In this document: positions 46,804 through 55,230 of the stretch, piece after piece
How the letters are laid out: every line of letters begins with the position of its first letter
Position numbering within the stretch: the stretch's first letter is position 1
DNA from: Candidatus Uhrbacteria bacterium
GTDB lineage: Bacteria > Patescibacteriota > Patescibacteriia > GWA2-47-26
DNA length: 64,000 nucleotides
Assembly (NCBI GenBank): GCA_016187515.1
Contig: JACPJN010000006.1
Coordinates: forward strand, 128,856-192,855
Direction: 5' to 3'
Notes under the pieces: model-generated
What the model was told of the DNA's origin: nothing
The model's input: only the letters and a program-made list of their open reading frames with translations
Databases searched by the model: none
Translations under genes and position numbers: made by a program

Positions 46804-47862
46804 CTATGTCAACCCCATTTTTTTCTTCACCTCCTCAAGAGTTTTTTGAGCAATGGGACGAGCTTTTTTTGAACCGGCGTCAAGTACTTCTTCCACGTAT
46901 CCTTTCTTCTTCTCCAGTTCGCGACGGCGTTTTTGGATTGGCTCTAAAAATTTCACTACCGCTTCGGCAAGTCCCGCTTTAAACTCGGCATATCCTTTAC
47001 CCGCGTATTGTTTTTCAAGTTTAGAAATTGGCAGACCGGAAACTTCCGAGTAAATCGTAAGTAAATTGGTTAGCGCGGGTTTGTCGTTTCCGGATTTGAT
47101 CTCGCGGCCGGAATCGGTAACCGCGGTTTTTATTTTCTGCCGCACCTCATCCGAACTATCGGAAAGCGCAACGCCTTCATCACCTGTTTTGGACATTTTC
47201 TTTTTCGGATCTTTGAGCGACATGATGCGCGCGCCGTGTGTGAGCTCGGCTTTGACTGGAGGGAAAAACCCAGTGCTGTCATCCTGAGGAGTGGAACGAC
47301 GAAGGATCCCGTCCCTACTTCCACGGGATTCTTCGCTGCGCTCAGAATGACGAGATGGGGAAGCGAACATCCGATTAAACCGCCTCGCGATCATGTTCGT
47401 AAGTTCAATATGCGGAAGCTGATCCTCGCCAACCGGTACCAGATCGGCTTTGTAAATCAAAATGTCGGCGGCCATCAGCGCCGGATAGGCCAAAAGCCCC
47501 AAATTCACATATTCCGGGTGTTGCACGATTTTTTCTTTGTAGGTGGGCACGCGCTCAAACCAGGAAACCGGACTGATGGATTGAAAAATCCAGCCCAACT
47601 CCACATGCTCCGGCACCTGGGATTGCACGATAAGCGTCGCGCGCTTGGGATCAAGCCCGACCGCCAAATAATCCAGCGCCACCTCGCGCACATTTTCCCG
47701 CAGCTCCTCCGGCGAAAAAGGCGTGGTAATTGCGTGATAATCCACGATTGCATATATACAATCGTGCTTTTCTTGAAGCGTAATCCAATTTTTGATCGCG
47801 CCCAAATAGTTGCCGAGGTGCAGTCGGCCTGATGGGCGGATGCCGGAGAAAACACGGGTCAT
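46804..47862 (-). CDS. trpS: Tryptophanyl-tRNA synthetase with an in-frame palindromic insert
   Basis: HLGN, YPALMAADIL, VPVGEDQ, KMSKT. Confidence 0.97.
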   Translation of the reverse strand: MTRVFSGIRPSGRLHLGNYLGAIKNWITLQEKHDCIYAIVDYHAITTPFSPEELRENVREVALDYLAVGLDPKRATLIVQSQVPEHVELGWIFQSISPVSWFERVPTYKEKIVQHPEYVNLGLLAYPALMAADILIYKADLVPVGEDQLPHIELTNMIARRFNRMFASPSRHSERSEESRGSRDGILRRSTPQDDSTGFFPPVKAELTHGARIMSLKDPKKKMSKTGDEGVALSDSSDEVRQKIKTAVTDSGREIKSGNDKPALTNLLTIYSEVSGLPISKLEKQYAGKGYAEFKAGLAEAVVKFLEPIQKRRRELEKKKGYVEEVLDAGSKKARPIAQKTLEEVKKKMGLT

Positions 47863-47877
47863 AGATTACAAATTGAT

Positions 47878-48038
47878 AATTATTCTAATTATCCTAATTG
47901 ATCTAATTATTCTAAACAATGTCCAAGCACCTCACGCCCAAGGCGGATGCGCCTGAGGCGCAAAATCCCAATTTTGGTTATTGGATGTTGGGATTTGTTT
48001 AGGTCAATTAGAGTAATTAGGTGAATTAGGTCAATTCT
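47878..48038. repeat. CTAATT-based inverted array with a 7-mer core
   Basis: CTAATTATCCTAATTGATCTAATT...AATTAGAGTAATTAGGTGAATTAGG. Confidence 0.7.
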
Positions 48039-48040
48039 CA

Positions 48041-49921
48041 TTATACCTCAATCAACACCGGAAGCACCATCGGCCTCCGGCGCGTCATGGTATACAAGAA
48101 CTGCCCGACTTCGTTGCGGATTTTGTTTTTGATGTGATCTTCAAAGGCCGGTGATTTGGGATCCGTGTCGCGCAAGATTTTCTTAATCAGCGATCGCGCG
48201 CGCTCAATAAGTTCTTTCGATTCGCGCAGATACACAAAGCCGCGCGAGATAATATCCGGACTGCCCAAAAGCGCGCCGGTGCGTTTGTCAATCGTGACAA
48301 TCACCACAAACATCCCGTCATCGGCTAACTGCTGCCGGTCGCGCAAGACCACCTCGGAGACATCGCCAACCCCGAGGCCATCAACCATGACATAGTCGGT
48401 CGGAACATACCGATCCGTCAGCCGGCCGCCCTGCTCATCAAACTCCATGACCTGGCCGTTATCCGCGACAAAGACGTTTTCCTCCTTGTATCCAATGCCG
48501 GTTGCCAGATCAGCGTGCGCTTGCAGCATAAAGCGATTCGCATGAATTGGAATCACATAGCGCGGACGAGTAAGCTGCATCATGAGTTTAAGCTCTTCTT
48601 GTTTGGCATGACCGCCGGCATGAATATCCATAAATTGATAGTGGTAAATTTTTGCGCCGTGGCGGATAAGCGCGTCCTTTAGACCTTGAATCGTGCGCTC
48701 ATTGCCCGGAATGACGGAAGAAGAGAAAATAATCGAGTCGCCCTTTTTAAGCGAGATTAAACGGTGCTCGTTGTTGGCGATGCGCATGAGCTGGGCATTC
48801 TTTTCGCCTTGCGCGCCCGTGCAAATAATGGTGACTTTGTTGTCAGGAAGACGATTAAAATCACGATCTTCGATAAATAAGCCGGTTTTGTATTTTAGGT
48901 AGCCGAGTCCATGAGCAATCTCAACGTTAGTGACCATGGAACGCCCTTGAATAAGCACTTTCCGCCCGTATTTTTCCGAAAGAGTTAAGAGATGCTGAAT
49001 ACGGGTTAGAAGCGATGCAAAGGTTCCAAAGATTAGACGACCTTGAGAATTCGCGGCAAAAATTTTCTCCAGTTCCTCAAATACTTGCTGTTCTGAAATT
49101 TGGTGTCCGGGAAAAGGCGCGTCGGTCGCATCGGAAAAAAGCGCCAGCACTCCGCGATCGCCAAACGAGCGCACGTGGTCAATATCCGCCGGCGGCTCGT
49201 TGACCGGGGTGTAATCAAATTTGAAATCGCCGGTGTGGAGCATAAGCCCATACGGGGTCTGAAGCGCCGCCCCGGTTGAGTCGGCAATATTGTGATTCAC
49301 ATGAAACGGCTCAAAGACAAAATGTCTCCCCAGCGCGATTTTCATCTTCGGCTTGATCAGCACGATATTCGGTTTTGGCGCTTTGGGAAATTCTTCTTGC
49401 CGCTTGCGGATAATCCCGGCCGAAAGCGCGGTAGTAAAGACCGGCGGATTGCCCAGTTTTCCAAGCAAATGCGGAATGCCGCCAATGTGATCATAATGGC
49501 CATGCGTTACAATAACGCCCCGGATATTGCGCTCTTTGCCGCGCAGACAAGCAATGTTGGGAATGATGTAATCAATGCCGTGCATGTCTTCTTCCGGAAA
49601 CTGGAGCCCCATGTCCACAATCACAATATCCTCTCCGCATTCATAAACCATGCAGTTGCGTCCCACCTCCTCCAGCCCGCCCAGCGCGTAGATTAGCAAT
49701 TTGGGGGGCCGGCCGCTGGCGGCCCGAGCAGGAGCGGAGGCGGCGATACTCCGGCTTTCCCCGGCCGTGCTCACGATCAGACGCGGCTCGCTTTTGCGCG
49801 GGGCAGATTTTCCATGCCTAAACGGGCCGCGCCGACGGCGCGGTCTAGGATTGCGAGTGCCGCTGCCGTGTGCTGATCCTGGAGCTGAAATAGTTTTCGC
49901 TGTGAATTCCGCTGATTCCAT
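48041..49921 (-). CDS. rnj: Ribonuclease J
   Basis: GGLEEVGRN, THGHYDHIG, HTGDFKFD, HAGGH, RRPMVLP. Confidence 0.96.
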   Translation of the reverse strand: MESAEFTAKTISAPGSAHGSGTRNPRPRRRRGPFRHGKSAPRKSEPRLIVSTAGESRSIAASAPARAASGRPPKLLIYALGGLEEVGRNCMVYECGEDIVIVDMGLQFPEEDMHGIDYIIPNIACLRGKERNIRGVIVTHGHYDHIGGIPHLLGKLGNPPVFTTALSAGIIRKRQEEFPKAPKPNIVLIKPKMKIALGRHFVFEPFHVNHNIADSTGAALQTPYGLMLHTGDFKFDYTPVNEPPADIDHVRSFGDRGVLALFSDATDAPFPGHQISEQQVFEELEKIFAANSQGRLIFGTFASLLTRIQHLLTLSEKYGRKVLIQGRSMVTNVEIAHGLGYLKYKTGLFIEDRDFNRLPDNKVTIICTGAQGEKNAQLMRIANNEHRLISLKKGDSIIFSSSVIPGNERTIQGLKDALIRHGAKIYHYQFMDIHAGGHAKQEELKLMMQLTRPRYVIPIHANRFMLQAHADLATGIGYKEENVFVADNGQVMEFDEQGGRLTDRYVPTDYVMVDGLGVGDVSEVVLRDRQQLADDGMFVVIVTIDKRTGALLGSPDIISRGFVYLRESKELIERARSLIKKILRDTDPKSPAFEDHIKNKIRNEVGQFLYTMTRRRPMVLPVLIEV

Positions 49922-49974
49922 AGAGTTGAATGTAAAATTTAAAATGTAAAATGTAAAATTGTTTATTAAGAATT

Positions 49975-50285
49975 TGGGCGAGGAGGGAGTCGAACCCTCA
50001 TGCCTTGCGGCATACGCTCCTGAAGCCCGCCTAAATTTGCCCAGAGGGGGACTCGAACCCCCATGGCCTTGCGACCGCTAGCTCCTGAAGCTAGTGCGTC
50101 TGCCAATTCCGCCACCTGGGCAAATTTAGGCGGGTGAACTAGTGCGCCTGCCCAGCACCGAGCTTCGCTCTGGTGCTGGGTCTGCCAATTCCGCCACCGC
50201 GGCATTGGTGTGGGGGTGAATCTGCCAACCTGTCCCGCCGCCCTCCGACCGTAGTCGGAGTGGTGCGGGATTCCACCACTCGCCC
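49975..50285 (-). pseudogene. Outer, multiply interrupted tRNA-Leu(CAG) enclosing an intact tRNA-Leu
   Basis: 5' GGGCGAGTGGTGGAAT (50285) pairs with 3' CTCGCCCA (49975); the 3' half has anticodon loop, variable arm and T arm. Confidence 0.75.
50038..50121 (-). tRNA. tRNA-Leu(CAG)
   Basis: GCCCAGGTGGCGGAATTGGCAGACGC; CTAGC-TTCAGGA-GCTAG; GGTTCGAGTCC. Confidence 0.93.
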
Positions 50286-50289
50286 ATTC

Positions 50290-52119
50290 CTAGCGCCACC
50301 CGAGTCGCGACCGCATATACCATTGGTGAACCCCGACAAAACGATCCGCGGGCAGCGCCACGTTTTTTACGTCAACCCCGCGCACTTTTTTTGAAATTAC
50401 ATACACATAAGGGCTGCGGTAAAGAATCACCCCGGGCGCTTCCTCATAAAACAACTTTTGAAACTCGAGGTAGCGGTCCAATCTTTCCTCCGGATCGGTC
50501 GCCAGGCGCGCTTGTTCAAGGGCAATATCAATTCCCCGCACCCGTAAGCTCGACAGATTAAGACCGGGATGATCAATTTGAGTGGAATGCCAGAAAGAAT
50601 ATGGATCGCCATCGCGCCCCTCGACAAACGAAAAGAGCAGAACTTCATAAGCGCGAGTGCGCAGCACGCCTTGTTCGAACGCTCCCTTGTGCACCGCCTC
50701 CAGCGTTACTTCCACCCCGAGCTTTTTCCAAGCGGACCGGAGCGCGTCGGCAACCGTAAGCTGAATCGGCTCATCTTGGACCGTCAGCCGCACCGCCAAG
50801 GGCTTCTGATCTTTTTTCCATACTGCTCCTTCCTTCTTCCACCCCGCCTCTTTAAGCAGGCGCGCGGCCTCCGCTAAATCATAGGCCGGGGGCAAAAGCG
50901 TGCGCGCGTATCCGATTTGACCCTCGACAAACGGAGCGGTCTCGGGCTGCGCGTCCGGAACCAGAGCGGCAATCGCGCCGCGATCCAGCGCGCGCGATAA
51001 GGCCTGGCGTACGGCTTTTTCTCGCAGCGCCGGAGCGCGCCGATCTTGAAAGAAAAGTCCGACGAATCTGGGGATATCCGCTTTGATGACCGCTACTCCG
51101 GTGGATGGAATACGGCCGCGCATCCGCTCCGGAACAAAACTTACTCCTAAAACGGTGTGTTCCCGAACCGCGTTTACCGCGCCCTCAAAATCCGGGAAAA
51201 AATATAATACCAACTCCTCAATATAGGGCGCTCCTTTATAATATCGCGTAAACCGCGCCAGTTGGTAAGACCGAATACTGCCATCACGACTTTTAAGGAA
51301 AGACGAAAACTGGAAAGGGCCGGAGCCGACGGGTTTTAAGTTCCATACCGCGAGCGGCGCTTCTTTCGGGTCCGCGTTTTCCCAAATATGTTTGGGTATG
51401 ATACCGACCGTAAAAAGATTGGCAAAACTATTGGTAAAAGTCGCGGTCTTAACTAAAATCACGTTTGGCTCCGGACTGGATATTTCAATCCCTTCGAATG
51501 AACGCCACAGCGGCGAACGCCAGGCCGGATTTTGTATGCTTTTAACGGTAAAGATTATATCGTCAACCTCGAGGCGCTCACCATCGTGAAAAAACAGATT
51601 ATCCCGCAAAATAAATTTCAGGGTTCTGCCTCCGTCTTCAGCCGTAAAGCTCTCCGCCAGATCTCCCGTAAGCTCTCCTTTACTATTATACATGAGCAGC
51701 CCGGAATAGATCAAGCGGCTCAAGTCCCGATCCACATCGCTCCCCGCCAATATCGGATTAACAAAACGCGGACTGCCAACCAGGGCCTCGCGGTATACTC
51801 CCCCGGGCTTGGGGACGCGCTCCAGATGCGGGGTAATCAGACGGCTAAGTCCAGCCGCGACGATTATGATAAAAAACGCGGCCGCCCCCTGCAAGACCCA
51901 GCGCTCTTTGGCGGAAAGCAGGGTCGGCAGGTGCCGCAGCTGGGTAAATTTAGGCAGACGCAAACGCGCTCCGGAGAGCACCAGCTTCTTATCCAGATCT
52001 TCGGATTTTGGAGGATGACGGAAGAATTTCAACACAGCATTCAACGGGATAGCCACAGGATAGAAGACAGGACAGCCACAAGATCGCGGATCCGTGATCC
52101 GTGGGCCATCCGTAAACAA
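50290..52119 (-). CDS. Peptide ABC transporter substrate-binding protein (family 5); start uncertain
   Basis: LIYSGL, FHDG, PVGSGPF, DPYSFWHS. Confidence 0.88.
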   Translation of the reverse strand: MFTDGPRITDPRSCGCPVFYPVAIPLNAVLKFFRHPPKSEDLDKKLVLSGARLRLPKFTQLRHLPTLLSAKERWVLQGAAAFFIIIVAAGLSRLITPHLERVPKPGGVYREALVGSPRFVNPILAGSDVDRDLSRLIYSGLLMYNSKGELTGDLAESFTAEDGGRTLKFILRDNLFFHDGERLEVDDIIFTVKSIQNPAWRSPLWRSFEGIEISSPEPNVILVKTATFTNSFANLFTVGIIPKHIWENADPKEAPLAVWNLKPVGSGPFQFSSFLKSRDGSIRSYQLARFTRYYKGAPYIEELVLYFFPDFEGAVNAVREHTVLGVSFVPERMRGRIPSTGVAVIKADIPRFVGLFFQDRRAPALREKAVRQALSRALDRGAIAALVPDAQPETAPFVEGQIGYARTLLPPAYDLAEAARLLKEAGWKKEGAVWKKDQKPLAVRLTVQDEPIQLTVADALRSAWKKLGVEVTLEAVHKGAFEQGVLRTRAYEVLLFSFVEGRDGDPYSFWHSTQIDHPGLNLSSLRVRGIDIALEQARLATDPEERLDRYLEFQKLFYEEAPGVILYRSPYVYVISKKVRGVDVKNVALPADRFVGVHQWYMRSRLGWR

Positions 52120-52139
52120 TCCGTGGCCATCTAGTTCTT

Positions 52140-52358
52140 TTAACGCAGAATCACCCCGGCGAGCGCGGAGGCAAAGAAAATAATCGAGAAGATAATCGTA
52201 CCGATAAAAATTCCGCGTTCCACCCCGCGTTTGGTGCGATAGAGGGCGCCTTCTCCGCCAAAGGCCGAGCCCAGGCCAACTCCGCGCTGTTGGAGAAGGA
52301 TGCCAATAATCAGAAGAATGGCGGAAATGATTTGAACGACGGTGAGCAATTTTAACAT
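52140..52358 (-). CDS. secG: Preprotein translocase subunit SecG
   Basis: ILLQQRGVGLGSAFGG...TKRGVE. Confidence 0.92.
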   Translation of the reverse strand: MLKLLTVVQIISAILLIIGILLQQRGVGLGSAFGGEGALYRTKRGVERGIFIGTIIFSIIFFASALAGVILR

Positions 52359-52402
52359 AATTCGCAACCCTATTCTATCCATGATATACTAAAGCCATTA
52401 AT

Positions 52403-53134
52403 ATGTCAATAGGCCAAACTGCTAGCACCACCGAACCCTGGTATAAAAAGGGATGGGGTATCTTGTTAATTGCCGGACTACTGATTCTCTTTGGCGGACT
52501 GACCTATATTGGCGTTAAGACCGTGGAATACTACGGTAAAATCCGGATTGGCGAAATTCCCCCGGAAGTGCGCGCGAAAATCACCTACGGCAATATCCAG
52601 CCGCCTTCCGATCCTAAAGAGAACCTGGCCTACGACGCCAAGGATGATCCCGCCTTTGGCAATCCGGCCGCGCCGCTTCAAATCGTGGAGTTTGCGGATT
52701 TTGAGTGTCCGTACTCGCGCGATGAAAGCGCGATAGTTCGGGAACTCCAAGCCCGCTTTCCGGAAAAAATTTATTTTATCTACCGCGACTTTCCGCTGGA
52801 AGATATTCATCCCCATGCCTTCCGCGCCTCCGAGGCGGCAAACTGCGCGCAGGATCAAGGCAAGTTCTGGGCCATGCATGACAAACTCTATCAGAATGCG
52901 CAGCGCCTTTCCGACCTGGATCTTAAAACCTACGCGCTGGAGATCGGACTGAATATTGTAAAATTTAACGCGTGCTTTGACAGCCGTAAATATAAAGAGG
53001 AGATTGAGGGGGACCGCGCGGATGGCATTGCCGCCGGAGTAGTTGGCACTCCCACTTTCTTCATTAACGGACAAAAAGTCGAAGGGGCCATCCCGATGCC
53101 GGTCTGGGAACAGATTATTTCGCGCGCGAAATAA
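52403..53134 (+). CDS. DsbA/thioredoxin-fold protein
   Basis: EFADFECPYS, RDFPL, GTPTFFING. Confidence 0.9.
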   Translation: MSIGQTASTTEPWYKKGWGILLIAGLLILFGGLTYIGVKTVEYYGKIRIGEIPPEVRAKITYGNIQPPSDPKENLAYDAKDDPAFGNPAAPLQIVEFADFECPYSRDESAIVRELQARFPEKIYFIYRDFPLEDIHPHAFRASEAANCAQDQGKFWAMHDKLYQNAQRLSDLDLKTYALEIGLNIVKFNACFDSRKYKEEIEGDRADGIAAGVVGTPTFFINGQKVEGAIPMPVWEQIISRAK

Positions 53135-53166
53135 TCGCGGAATTATGAATTATGAATTAAGAATTA

Positions 53167-54695
53167 TGAATATACGGAGATCGATTCTCCGTGGCCACGG
53201 AGAATCGATCTCCCGATTTTTCCTACTCCTTACTCCTTATTCCTTATTCCTAATTCTCACGCTTGCTCTACCAGCGCAAGCCCAATCCCTGCCCCAACTT
53301 AAAACCTTTTGCTTTACCCAAGACGAGTGCGTTTCCCCGCCCTACAGCGGCGAGGCCAAAGAAGCGCCGGAATGTCGTGACCAAGATCCCCGCTATGTCC
53401 AGGCCGGCTATCTTTACAACTGTTACGCCAAACAGCAGCCCATCCGCCTGGAGGTCGGGATTGGCCCGTATAAAGTCGCGGGCATTGAGGATTATATCCG
53501 CCGACTCTACATTTATCTCATTGGCATCTCCGGAATCGTGGTGGGCGTGATGTACACTTGGGCCGGCTTAAAATGGCTAACCTCGGGCGGAGCTCCGGAC
53601 AGAATCACGGACGCGAAAAAGAAAATCGGAAACGCCACGGTCGGGCTCGTGCTGCTGCTCTCCTCCTACCTGATTCTCCAAACCGTTAATCCCGCGCTCG
53701 TGCGTCTGCGTTTGCCGGCCCTGAAGATGCCCCGCCAGGTTCTCTTGGGGGACGACTTGTGTGTAAATCGCCCGGAATATCCCTGCGGCGGATTAAAATT
53801 GCGGCCATCGCTAAGCCAGGATGGGCTGGGTCAATGGCAAGTCGCTCTGCTCGATCCCCTGCTCCGGGACAGGAAATATCAATGTGATGACCCCAGTAAT
53901 GCGGACTTGGCGCGTAACCCGCCTTGCCAAGACGGAGTCGGCTCCGGCGCTTGCGTACCCCGCTTCTGTCCATTTCCGGGATGCTATACCCTGCTTGAGG
54001 ACCGGATTACTGAAGATGCTCAAGATGTTATCGAGGGCATCGACGAGTATCAAGAAGCTCGCGATGCTGGACTGAATGTTCCCACTGGAACGAGCGATGC
54101 TGAGGTTTTGGAGCTGATCACGACTTTCCGCGAACAAGCCAGCCAAAATCAACGGATGTGCGTTAAACCGGAACAGTGCGGAGGGTGCGCGGCCAATACT
54201 CCCTGGGCGGTCTGTGTCTCGTCTGCTTGTCCCTGCATACTGGATGTAAAAGAAATTGGCGGGGAAGATCAGATCGTTTGCGCCGGCCGGCGAGGTGAAG
54301 GTCAGCCCTGCGAAAGGCATGAGCAATGCCAAGGCCAAGGCCAAGGCGGCCGAGCCGGACGCTGCAACTTTGGCCGCATACCTAATGAATGCACTCCGGA
54401 AGGAGGCGAGCCACCCGGACAGCCCTGCGATGTTGATGGCGATTGCGCAAGCGGGCTATGCAATGAGAATGCCGCGACAGATGTATGCGTTGCTCCGCAA
54501 TCGCTCCGCATTGGAGAGGATTGTTCTTCCAGCGAAGAGTGTGTTACCGGGGTTTGCGGATATGAAGGCGTGATTAGCACTCTTAATCCCGCCTCTGACC
54601 CAGTTTGTATGGCGGCAGGACAATGTAACGGTCTAACCCGAGTTGGCTGTCCTTGTGAAACTTCCATCAACTGCAATACGAATACCGGGGATTAA
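53167..54695 (+). CDS. Pilin-like (TrbC/VirB2-type TM hairpin) protein with Cys-rich domains; start uncertain
   Basis: AGLKWLTSGG...AKKKIGNATVGLVLLLSSYLILQTVNP; C-terminal C-x5-C repeats. Confidence 0.75.
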
Positions 54696-54841
54696 AGGTA
54701 ACTATATAGATATCGTCCTAAAGGCAATGAAAGAGCCCTTTTACGGGCTCTTTTAGTTATCCACCCTCGACATCTTGACACCGTTATGCTACCCTTGATT
54801 CTGGTTAAGTCATCCGTCGTCAGACATCTGTTCACCGTATT

Positions 54842-55207
54842 ATGCCGTTTAGATTTGAGGATTTGCGAGTATACCAGCGTACTCTCGAACTTGTTGACCA
54901 TATCTATGATGTTGTGGATAAATTCCCTACTCACGAACTATACACCCTCTCGTCGCAGTTACGGCGTGCTGTAATCTCAATTCTTTTAAACATAGCGGAG
55001 GGTACAGGACGAACCAACAAGGAATTCGCGCATTTTGTAGACATGTCAAGAACTTCTGCATACGAATGCATCGCATGTTTGGCGATCGCGCTACGTCGAA
55101 AATACATCACGCAACAATCCTATGAAACACTCTATGCTGAAATAAACGAGATTGTGAGAATGCTTAATGCCCTCAAAAATAGTATCAACAACAATACGGT
55201 GAACTGA
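54842..55207 (+). CDS. Four-helix-bundle protein (IVP family)
   Basis: [35 protein letters not shown]. Confidence 0.93.
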   Translation: MPFRFEDLRVYQRTLELVDHIYDVVDKFPTHELYTLSSQLRRAVISILLNIAEGTGRTNKEFAHFVDMSRTSAYECIACLAIALRRKYITQQSYETLYAEINEIVRMLNALKNSINNNTVN

Positions 55208-55230
55208 AGACGGTGAACTGATGTCTCAAT

